A stretch of 64,000 bases of DNA from Octopus vulgaris (lineage: Eukaryota). The DNA lies in the NCBI GenBank assembly GCA_951406725.2, contig OX597820.1, forward strand, positions 28,272,001-28,336,000. Direction: 5' to 3'. Position 1 is the first letter of the stretch, and each line of letters starts with the position of its first letter. Positions 52,420 to 64,000 of this stretch are shown here, one piece after another. The notes under the pieces are model-generated. The model was given only the letters and a program-made list of their open reading frames with translations, was not told the DNA's origin and searched no databases. The position numbers and the translations under genes are program-made.

Positions 52420-54140
52420 ATAACACGGTCTGGTTTTCAAGTTTATTATTATTGTATCTAAAAAAAATTTTTATAGTGTTGAACAATGTTGAATAATAAA
52501 AAAAATATTTTGTAATGTTCATAAAGTTCAATTAGAGCTGTCATACGTTCGTGGATAATCATCAGATTTCAAAATGTATTTAACTGACAGTTGAGTCCTT
52601 GACAACTGTAGTGAAAGGACTGACTGCTTCCTTTTATACCTTTTAAAAGGCTCCAACAAACTGATTTTTCGAATACAGTTTTGACTAATGGACATACAGC
52701 TTAAGTATCACGGTTTGTCGGATGGACCTATATTACTGGCGTAGATCCCGCATTTAATTTAACCAATTAGCTTGCAGTTTACGTGTAATAGTTTTACGAG
52801 TGTGCAAACTTAGTTGGTTTTGATTGTTTTCATATCAATCGGTGGAAGTCTTCTGTAATTTGTTTATATTCTTATTTTAAAGATGTTTTAATCCACACCA
52901 TTAACTGGTTGTTATATTACTGGTGCTATTTTCGTTCAGGATAGGTTTGAACATTTAAAAAAGCCCATTTTTCTTTTATCTTTCTTTCAAGATCACTTGT
53001 ATCGTGTAGTTTGTGGAAAGGAAAAATTAGAAATATTTTCTTACCACATGTTTCTCAATGTTCGTTCAATGGAATTTGGCGAACATTTATTGTCAGTGGA
53101 TTTGTGAGCGTTCCAATATTGAATTCCCTGTCTCGCCAATATGTAGTTCCTCGCAAATAGAACAATTAATGCAGTAGGTCAAATCTCTGATTTTGCAGTT
53201 CATATCTGTATTTGTGAAAATCTGTCCATCTTTTGTTCTAATGCATATACAAATATGCATGTATTGACACGTTCCACATCTGTTATCGTTACACTTGGAT
53301 ACTGTTTGTCCATATTGAATTTTGCCTTTGTTAATAGTTTCTTTAGGTTATGTGGTTGCTTTTTGTTTAAGATAATTGTTTGATTAAATATTATTTATTT
53401 TAAAATTTTTACTCTGTTTTATGATTGTCAAATTTGATTTGATAATGTTAAAAATGTTTTGGTGATGCGGATTGTGTGTTACTAGAAACGGTATTGTGTT
53501 CCGTTGATGGGTTCGTGTCAATACATGCATATTTGTATATGCATTAGAACAAAAGATGGACAGATTTTCACAAATACAGATATGAACTGCAAAATCAGAG
53601 ATTTGACCTACTGCATTAATTGTTCTATTTGCGAGGAACTACATATTGCGGTTTTGTTTTTAATTACCATTATGTTAAGAAATGGTAATTGCGTGTCGCT
53701 CATTTCACTTGTAAATTTGAGACTAGGGTGTAGATTTTTGAGGAGGGTGATGAATTCTTTCAGATTTTCTATAGATTTGGTTCAAATTAGGAAACAATCA
53801 TCGAGGTAAATATTCCATGTGTCCTCTATATGTCTTCTAAAGGTCAGGCCGTAGTTTTCTAAATCATCATCACCACAACATTTTTAACATCACCAAAACA
53901 AATTTGCCAAATGTATAAATAAGAAGAAGTCAGTCATTTTACTACAGTTGTCAAGAACTCAACTGTCAGTCAAAAGCCTTTTTAAATCTGATGATTACTA
54001 CAAACGTATGAAAGCAATATTTGAACTGTACAAAAATTACAAAATATTTTTTTTAAATGTTTAATACAATTCAATGTTGTAAAATTGTTTCTAAAATGCA
54101 ATAATAAAAAGCATGAAAACCAGACCATGTATTTATTCAA

Positions 54141-54141
<1 letters not shown>
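52420..54141 (-). mobile_element. Penelope-like element (same family as 42660-44960) with inverted terminal-repeat copy
   Basis: Minus-strand RT thumb (WNIYLDDCF, about 53650-53860) and GIY-YIG (about 52950-53330). The 3' repeat occurs on minus at 52420-52612 and on plus at 53940-54141, each with an HHR remnant (52530-52570; 53984-54022). Confidence 0.9.
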
Positions 54142-54198
<57 letters not shown>

Positions 54199-54345
54199 AA
54201 TGGCGGTGCCCCAGCATGGCCACAGCTCATGAGCTGAAACTAGAATCAATCAATCAATCAATCATATATATATATATATACATGTCTATGTCTAAATGTA
54301 TATATGTCTATATATACGTATGTATATATGAATTTATATATATTT

Positions 54346-55224
54346 ACGAGGAGTTACCCAAAAGTAAGCGGGAACTTTTTGTTTGGAACAAACCCTTTGT
54401 CGTTCTGGCTTCCGCCGCAAGAAGCCAATTGATATGGCCATCAGGCATCAGCCTGGTGACCGGCGTCTTGATTTGTACTATCACGTGTTGCGACTTTTTT
54501 TTTGCAGTGTTTGTACCCTGTTCGTGGATTTTTGCAACAGCTGAAACGAAGAAACAACGCGCTTTCGTGAAATTTTGTCTTTCCTGGAGAAAATTGCGGC
54601 CGACACAGTTATTATGCTTGAAACCGCTTAAAAGGATGTTGCCATAAGCAAATCACATTTCAGGAATGGTTATTTGCCGCTTGAGAACCAATGTAGTACA
54701 GAGTAACCGACGACATCCTGAACAAATGACAACATCATGAAAATTCATGAAATGATCTTGGAGGACTGTCACCAAGCAATTGTCGAACTTGCTGGTATGA
54801 CCTTCGTGTCCTGGAGCTCCTGCCAATGAATTTTGAGCGAGGAATTGCGAATGAAAAGAATTGTAGCGTAATTTGTGACTCGCTTGTTCACGGAAGATCA
54901 AAAGTAGTCATGAGTGAATGCATGTCCAACTGAAAGAACGGCTGGAAGTTGATCTTAACTTTTTTTCTAGGGTCATTACTGGTGACGAAAGCTGGGGCGA
55001 CGGAATTTGCAGATGCGGCAGAGGTGACGAAAAAACGGTGGAGATGTTAAAAGCATCACTTCACGAGAGTTCCAGCACTGCTTCGAATTGTGGAAAACGC
55101 TGCTAGACCGATGCATTGATTCAAATGGAAAATATTTTGAAGGTCATAAAAGTGAAAACATGTAAAATTAAGTTCTTAAAATAGTATTGCACAATTCCAG
55201 GTCGTTCTGGGCATCTTCTGACAT
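54346..55224 (+). mobile_element. Internally deleted Tc1/mariner transposon relic
   Basis: TA-cgagg start; QRAFVKFC, ILSEELRMKR..FVTRLFTEDQK, FFSRVITGDESW, RCIDSNGKYFEG. Most of the catalytic domain is deleted and the TIRs are degenerate. Confidence 0.88.
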
Positions 55225-55407
55225 ATATATTGGCGCAAACAGGAAAAATAGAACTGAAATTGGTGTATATGTATAATTTTATTAATATTGATCAGAAGTA
55301 ACAGAATAACTCAAAGTTCAGGATGTTCATCCCTTATTAAATTTTCTTAAGTGCCAACGCACAAAACCTTCGGATCTTCGGTCATTATGTTATTTCTGCT
55401 CAATATC

Positions 55408-55489
<82 letters not shown>

Positions 55490-55493
<4 letters not shown>

Positions 55494-55607
55494 CCTGCTC
55501 GCTTAGCCAGCGGGGTGGCGTCATTCGAAGGCTAAAACAATGCGAACGCATTGTGACCAGCGATATGTAACAACATCTGATGGTCTGGTCGGTCACGTGA
55601 TTACGTG

Positions 55608-55610
<3 letters not shown>
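55490..55610 (-). mobile_element. Short GC-rich repeat embedded in (TA)n
   Basis: rc gaccgaccagaccatcagatgttgttaca..gctggtcacaatgc..ttcgaatg has a diverged copy at about 47505-47610. Confidence 0.7.
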
Positions 55611-55642
<32 letters not shown>

Positions 55643-56751
55643 TGAAACTTTAAGGTCTGCTCAAAGGTATGCCTGTCGCCTTTTTGCCCATGTATATTGT
55701 GATCAGTACCACATTATCCAACATATCCTTTTTTTATGTGGCAGAATGTGATTTGCGGCATTTTGCTGCTACCTCCATCTGGTTTAACTACAAAGTTGAC
55801 ATTTCATTGGCTCACTGACATAAGATCACAGATATTCGTGAAAATGAACAGTCGATACTTCAGTATCAGTATATGATTAACCGATGATTTTATCAATAAT
55901 CGAAAGCGTGTTAATAAAGATGTTTCAAACAGAACAGGAACACACAGAGTGACTGAAATAAATACCGCATGATATTTCTTTGGAAACTCTGTTGATTTTT
56001 CCCATCACCGTTTTATCGCATCACGGCGATAGAAACTTTTGGATATACTCAGCGTTATGTTTGGTGGATGACGAAAAATAATAGATTTGTTTTATTGTAT
56101 CTACTAAATAAACTCTTTTACGTTTAGCTCATGCACTTCTTACGAACTACATATAAAAATGTTAGGGTGCAGATATGGTCGAGTAGCTAAATCCATTTCA
56201 GATTGAATAAATGTGGCGCTTGATCCCAGTTCATGGAATTCGGTGAAAATAACTCCTTCGATAATTTCCGTTAGATTTAGTTATATGAATGTATTTGAGT
56301 AGACAGGATATATGTTGTAATTCATGAAATGGATTTGATTTATATTTCAAGGGGCAAGCATTTTCACACACTGTGTCACGCTGATCTACACGATGATTAC
56401 ATTACTTAACCACTTACAATATAATTCAATGAGAAGGTGATCGCTATTGATCTAATATCTGGAGTATTCGTCGTGGCTGTAAACGACCTAATGCAAGATG
56501 TGAAACGTTTCAGTTACCACTGATTAAACAGCTTTGAAGTATGTGCAAGTTACAAGAGGAATAATAGGAGGAGTCGTAACCTAGTGAATTGGGTGTTAGT
56601 AAGAGGTCAAAAGTCAAACAAACTGAAGCAAAACGTGACGGATGGAAGGGTGAGTAATTGGGAAAACTGCGATTAAACGGAATTTCACACGAAGAACGAA
56701 GACATATTGGAAGGATAAAGGACAATGTCGAAAGGAAGTAAGTTTATGTGT

Positions 56752-57014
<263 letters not shown>

Positions 57015-57677
57015 TATGCCTGTAACCTTCCATCAGCACCTACTTATATTACGTAGCGGATGTTAAGCAACAGGTAAGGGTGTAACAGGTAAAAGCATGT
57101 CCGTACGGATAGCTGAGTGTATGTGTGATATATATGCGCAAAATTGAACACAATAAAAAAAGTTTTAATCCTTTCATACATACCTGTTGATAAAGTGGTG
57201 TTAAATGTAAAAATAAGCGGCGTTTTCTGCTTATATTATAGCATCAGCTTTGCAAGCAAATCTCGCATAACAGCAGGTCTAATGGACGAAATCTGGCAAA
57301 TTGAAATGGTATGCTGTTGGCTTTCATTTTCTATGAGTGTTGTGGAAATCTAGGAGATGCTTGAAAACACATTTCCTTTAAAATCAATCTACTTCACCAA
57401 AATATAATACATTCAAAATAGATGGCTGAGGTTATCTCTACCTATCAATTGATAATACGTAAAATATCTCTATTATATATCTATACATACACATAATACA
57501 TACATATATAAAATATATATATCTAACATAAATAGGGCAAATTTTAGCCATTTCTCTGCAGAGAAAAATATGGAAAAATACTTCATAAAAATGTTCTGCC
57601 CGAAATTGAATGGCTGCAAATATTTCTATAGTAATTTGTACTAGATGAAGGACCAGTTTTTAAAAGTAAATTGTATT

Positions 57678-57756
<79 letters not shown>

Positions 57757-58321
57757 TACACATATGTACATATACATAAATATAAACAATCTTACATCCA
57801 GATTCTCCAACCCATATCAGCACAGGAATCAAACATTGGATTGAAAGAACTAAACAGTGGTATACATGTCAACACAATTATTTCTTCTTTCTCTGTTCCT
57901 TCTTTTTTCCTTCTCTTTTCTATTGACACTTCTTTCAGATAAAAGCCAAGAATCATTTTATATTGAAAGAACTGACCAGCTGCAAAGGTCTCAACACATT
58001 CTTTTCTTCTTTCAGTCTTCCTTCACTTTTCCATTGACACCCCTTTCAGATACAAAAGCAGACACTCACACACACGCACACTCTCTCACTTTCTCCCCAT
58101 TCCTCACTCTCTTGTACTAAATTACATATCTCTCCACCCCTACACACTCAATAATACTATAAAAAGAGACAAGATTCCTGAAAAAGTTCAATCGGACGAC
58201 TCCACTAGAGTGGACGCATGCGCTATTATATGATAGATATGATTTATAAAAACATGTGACATATTAATAGATATCTGTAACTATAAAACCATCCAGATTT
58301 CTGAGTACCTTACTTCTTCTA

Positions 58322-58353
<32 letters not shown>

Positions 58354-58568
58354 AGGTTATAAGAGATAATAGTGTCATTGAGACCCAAAGGTGTCAGGTA
58401 ATGCTGAATAAGTGCTATACACAGACCATAGTTAAGTTCCAGATTTGGTAATATTGCGAATAAAGGGTTCAACGTTGGTTCTATGTCAGCGTGTGTATAT
58501 AAGAATTTTTTTGCGTAATAAGATAATAAAAACCAAGGCTGTGTAGATAGACCATTTATAGCTAGAAG

Positions 58569-58620
58569 GTCTTACAGTGGTTTCTAGGATATTTATTAAT
58601 TATATCCCTTCATCGGAGAC
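58569..58620 (-). ncRNA. Type I hammerhead ribozyme (U4C variant)
   Basis: rc GTCT CCGATGA aGGGATAT-aattaataa-ATATCCTa GAAA C-cact-G TA AGAC. Confidence 0.78.
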
Positions 58621-58749
58621 AATGTGAGAAGATGGTTAAGTCATAGTTAGTTTAGATGTTATACAAAATGGAGAGTGACGTGGAGGAAAGAAAATATGTA
58701 TGGGTATTGAAGTTGTAAATCCATTTTTTAGGCATAATGGTATATATGC

Positions 58750-58826
58750 AATATTCCAATATCCTATGAGTAAAGACCAAAACTCTGTTGGACTTTTGGT
58801 CTTTACTCATAGGATACTGGGATATT
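58750..58826. repeat. 33-bp-arm hairpin with 11-nt loop
   Basis: aatattccaatatcctatgagtaaagaccaaaa / ttttggtctttactcataggatactgggatatt. Confidence 0.9.
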
Positions 58827-61478
58827 TTTTTTTTAATATGCTGGATCTGACTGTGTGTATGTATGTGAGAGTCATGTTTATGCATGTGTTGTATATTCAC
58901 AGGAAACCCAGATCAGAGAGGTCTCTATATCAGTACATTCTAGTCAGAAGCACCGTACCATTTTACAAATATGTAAGTTATTCCTTGAAGATAGATCTTA
59001 TTTGAGGAATACTGAGTGGTTGTATTTTCATGTAGCGTAGTTGCAGAAAATACTGGAATTATCTTGTTAAATGGAGACCTTTAATTTAAAATGGACTTGT
59101 TCCGTCTCGGCCGTTAATCATAGTTACGTACAGACTATATTAGGTAAATTTTGAATCGTATTATTAAGTAAAATCTTCTTTAGCTCTTTCAGGGAATATA
59201 GTGAAGGGAAGCGGCTCTTTATTTACTCTTTAAATATGTTCATAAATTTTCGATTGTCAAAATCTGGGAATTGGAAGCGCCAAATGGTCAACTTCACTCT
59301 AGTACCCTTTCTAAAAACTTTGAACTACATTAACCATGTGAACTGAGGTATTATCATCCTGGTAGGAGATTGCACTACCAAAAGGGAACAGTGTTTTTAT
59401 CATAGGATCAACCATAATACTCACATAATTAAAAGATTTATCATGTAAAACACAAAAAAGGACTAGGGGATTTCTGTGATATGTCTGCCTGAATCATTCC
59501 ACTATCACCTCCGTGTTTCGTAGCAGAGGTCAAAGAATCAGAGATGAAGTTTTCTTTGGGCTGTTTCCAGACACTTCAATTTATGACCATCACTTTTAGC
59601 CCCAAGCTGCTGGCAACGTCGTAGGAGCGTCATCTTGACATATGGCATGTGGCTGTGGCAATTTTTACATCTAGTGAAGCCATATTTCTCGACATCATAC
59701 CAAAGATGATAACGCCTAGAAAATGAAAGATAAAGAGACGGAAAAAAAATCAGAAATACAGAAAAGAAAGAAAGAAAATAAAAAGGAAAGAATGAACGAA
59801 CGAACGAATGAATGAATGAATGAATGAATTAATTAATTAATTAATGAATTAATGAATGAGTGAGTGAATGAAAGGGCATTACATCTGGGATGGAACTTCA
59901 TCACATCTCAAAAGATAAAGACTAAAGTGCAATTCGCTGATATTTGAACTCAAAGTGCAGAAAGAATTGAAATGAATACCGCAAAGTAACAGAAACAAAA
60001 TTGAGACGACTTAATTATTTCTTTTTTTTTATTTATTTAGTTAGTTATGGTAAGGATTATCTGTGAAAAAATACAGTGCTTATGTTATTCTCTTTTGTAA
60101 ACGAAATTAAGGAGCCAATTTCAAATTCTTTTGAAGAAGTTAAGCTGAAATTCCTCTGTAGTGAATACATTCCGCCATTTATTGGTAAATACATCTGATT
60201 ACGAAGCGTTTAGCAATTCACTATAACCCTGTCCGGCCAAACACTCTCTTTCTAACAGATGCCTGTAAACATTACACTTTTTAAAGTTTTATTTTATTTC
60301 CTTGCTTTTTGTCGTTTTGTTTCTTTGCTTCTTGTCGTTAAGTAAACGAATTTATTTTTCAAGGCGAAACACATGCCCCAAACATCGTTAATAATTGTAT
60401 GTTCTGTCATTAATATATATTCCTAAAATAAACAAACTTCTACGTAATAAAATTCTACTGAACATTTGAAAGTCATCAATGGTTTTAGCATTAAATCTTT
60501 TTGTTTCATAATCGCCATTTTGTTTTCAAAATTGCTCTATATACTTTTAATGATATTATTTTATTTCAGTTCTTATTTAATTTATTTATTTATTAAGCGA
60601 AGCTGTTTTCCTATATTTTTCGTTTGGGATGTTTTGGTAATTTCCTTTCTAAGTGCAGTGGCAATCTTTTTTCCTTTGCGTTTTTTTACTTTTGAAGTCG
60701 ACCACTGATACACACAAAAACCGAATTATACAACCTGCGCAAACAAGATTAAAATTTATTGACAAAACATTTATAATGCATCTAATAATATTTTTTTCTT
60801 TTTAAATATATTTTTCCCTCGATTCTTTTCTTTCTTAAGATGATTTGATGTTAATTGACCATCAAATTGCCCTATAAAATGATATATTAAAATGAAAAAT
60901 GAGCTGTGCTTTCTAGACTTATTTAATCGGAGCTTTACAAGCTCATTAAACTGTATGCTTGGAATTGTAAACATTGCATATGACGTAATAACACGCATCG
61001 CTCTTCACTGAAGTATAATACCATAATTGTATGTAATTTGTTTTATCTTTTACGTGCAAACGTGTCATTACGTATAAAATCAATTTATTTGTTAAATTCT
61101 CCAAAATGCAATGTTAGTTATTGTTTCGTATTTAAAATTACTTTCCAGAAATAAATTAAGTGGTTGGATTATGATTAGTTTTCTGGTATAGAGAAAGATT
61201 TGGCCACCATATTGACGCGAACTACTTAGTTTATTTAAACAGGGAAATAGTGAAGTGGTGTGTTTTGCAATTTAAAAATAACTCTTCTTTTAATTTCTTT
61301 AAAACCGTGACATGTTTTAAAATCATGAACCAAAATTGTAGTTACCATGGAGATAGAAATTAATTTGTAAAAACCTAAATGACTGTGTGTGTTTAGCGTA
61401 AGAGTTTTGTGTCGATAAAATGATGAAAGGCTGACGTTTCTTAAATTTGTATAATGTAACATTCAAACGCAAACACAC

Positions 61479-61514
<36 letters not shown>

Positions 61515-62214
61515 ACACACACACACACACACATACAAACACACACACATACGAGCATACACATGCACACACGCACACGCTCCGAACGTTGCCAATTGTC
61601 AACATTAATGGAAATATGTTTAGGAATGTTGTGGACTACATCACCATGACGCCTGAAACTTGAAGCAGAGACCAAGAAAGATCATGTAATATCGAAATAT
61701 ATTATTTCATACATAATTGTAAAAGCAACATTTGATACAAGAATGTTCAATATGATCCAGGAAGATAAAGTTCCGGATAAATTACTCAATATTTACCAGT
61801 GTAAAAAGCAATCTAATGACAAATTCGTCTTTATTGCCAGACATATCACAAAACTAGCAAGAGTAATTTACTTCAGGTTACACAGTCAATGTATCTTTTC
61901 TAAGCATTAAATCAGTTCAAAGCCGAAACATTATTTTAACAAAGGTATTATATCATTTGGCCCAACTGCCGACATATCTTTTATGGTGTTCGTTGAGACT
62001 CATTACTATTCTTTCAGTTAGCAGGAAATTACTATACTTCCTGTTTCGATAATTGCGTATAAATGTTATTCATTCATAGCTAATGTTATTATCGACATAA
62101 GTGAGATAAAATGGATATAATCCTGCAAAGGAACTTGTCAGTATCTCGGACCATTGAAAAGAACTATTCTGAACAAAGAGGATTCACCATTTACCATATA
62201 CTCTATGAATATTC

Positions 62215-62745
62215 CATTCTTCTATAGGCATAACACTTGAACATTTAGGGGACGGGTTTAGGCGATTACATCAAAACTAATATTTATTTCAGCGTCTCCG
62301 AAAGATTGAAAAACAAAGTCGGCTTCGCTAAATTTGAACTCAGAGCATTCAGAACATAAAGATAGATAAAACATTGCTAATCAGTTTTCCCGTGGTTCGA
62401 ATGATTCTGCCAGCTCGTCGCCTTTAATGACATAAGAAGATTGATTTCGATTTTTGGCACATGTCCAACAAATTCAGCTCAGTGGGTAAGTCAATTGCAT
62501 CAACCCTAGTGTTCATCTGATACGTATATTTTCGACGAAAGGTTAAAAGTCGGCCCCACCCCAGAAGAATTTGAAGAAGGATGGGCGAGTCGATTTCATC
62601 GCCCCCAGTGTTCAGTTTGTAATTATTTCATCGAACCCGAAAGTATTTAAGGCAAAGTCGAACTGGGCGGAATTTGAAATCAAAACGTAGCGACATACGA
62701 AGTGCTGCAAAGCACGCTAGCGGTTCTGCCATATCGCCGCCTTAC
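62215..62745 (-). mobile_element. Cluster of diverged SINE family B copies
   Basis: aaagtcg..gaatttgaa.tca and tctgcca.ctcg.cgcctt motifs occur two to three times. Confidence 0.8.
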
Positions 62746-63195
62746 AATGAGATGAAACTATCTAAGAACATTTTCTATATCTTGAATTTGTTTTAGTCGG
62801 TTGAAAGAAACAGATAAAACAAAAATCAAGAGTGATTGAATTTATTAAATATGATTGTATTACTGTTGTTCGAAAGTATAGAGAGGAACAAAGATTTGCC
62901 AATAACACTTCAACTGAAAGTATAAAGTATCTTGCACCAACAACTAAGACATTTATTAAATAATTAATTTGTGATAGGAACGGAATAACACATTTGTTAC
63001 CGAAAGCGGTTGTAGAATTACAGGGCACATTCACTACTGCGAAAAATTGTGATGATATGTACACCTCAGGAATCACACACTGCAATTTAACATAATGTGC
63101 ATAATATAACAACAATAAAGTATATATATGCATGCATATATATGTATATGTGTGTGTGTGTATGTATGTCTATATGCACGTATGTAAATATATAT

Positions 63196-63254
<59 letters not shown>

Positions 63255-63257
<3 letters not shown>

Positions 63258-64000
63258 ATAAAAATGGTAAAACAACAAAAGAAAGAGGCCTCGATATTAT
63301 GTAAATAGAGGAATTTATGTGTAAATGTAATATGTGACAATTATTCGGTAGCCATGATAAAACTCCGAGTTTCGGATGCCGAGGTGGAAATCCACGCCGC
63401 CATCTCTTTAGTTATCCGGCCATAGGAAAAATGCTATGAAAAATGACCGTTATACAAAGGGAAATTACTGTGTGATTGACTGTTATTAAGTCAAAAGTTC
63501 TATTTGAATGACCGCTAAGTGAGCGGAGGGAGTAAAAGTAAGGGGGTAAGGGGGCACCATGATCTTTGTAGGATCTTTGTTGTGCGTGCATGTGTCTGTG
63601 CGTGTATAGACGTGTGTATGAACCTTTATGGTGCCTGCGTGTGCGCGTGGAGGTTTGTATTATATACATATACATTTGCCGAATGGTGCGAGTGAGAATG
63701 TGTACGTTTTCAAGTGGGTGTGCGGGCGTGCATGTGTAGGTATGAATATGCGTGCTTACGCGAATACTATGAACTTTTTTACACCCTTACTTTTACTCCC
63801 TCTCCACATTTAGCGGTCATTCAAATATCTCTTTTGTCTTAATAACGGTCAATCACACAGTAATTTCCCTTTGTATAACGGTCATTTTTCATAGCATTTT
63901 TCCGATGGCCAGATAACTGAAGAGATGGCGGAGTGAACTTCCACCTCGGCATCCGAAACTCGGAGTTTTATCATGGCTACCGAATAATTGTCACATATTA
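63255..64000. mobile_element. Inverted pair of PLE terminal repeats without coding sequence (runs off the window)
   Basis: 63328-63545 is the reverse complement of 63785-64000. The left arm is homologous to 16030-16250 and also abuts (TA)n. Confidence 0.9.
63912..63972 (+). ncRNA. Type I hammerhead ribozyme, canonical core
   Basis: GATAA CTGAAGA GATG..CATC c GAAA CTC-g-GAG TT TTATC. The partner copy on minus (63356-63416) has G5A (CTAAAGA). Confidence 0.82.

Overview
AT-rich eukaryotic intergenic or intronic DNA with no recognisable host gene. Nearly all supplied ORFs are microsatellite artefacts. The SINE families, Dong/R4, RTE and Penelope content and the extreme microsatellite density suggest an octopus genome (inference, not verified). 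Contents: at least seven Penelope-like element (PLE) coding relics (RT and/or GIY-YIG), about 25 tRNA-derived SINE copies or fragments, a non-autonomous Helitron, a 1002-bp foldback (MULE-like) element with a 9-bp TSD, a deleted mariner, an R4/Dong-like relic, RTE and CR1/L2 fragments, and a zinc-knuckle ORF1-only LINE derivative. The most striking signal is about 17 type I hammerhead ribozyme (HHR) motifs in 64 kb, many with variant cores. They sit in PLE terminal repeats and in short non-coding inserts within (TA)n tracts, often as inverted pairs. One belongs to an element that fuses a tRNA-derived Pol III head, a (TAA)n spacer and a PLE-type HHR tail: a candidate Penelope-mobilised, ribozyme-bearing SINE. 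All structures were read by eye and none were computed; repeat boundaries are approximate.
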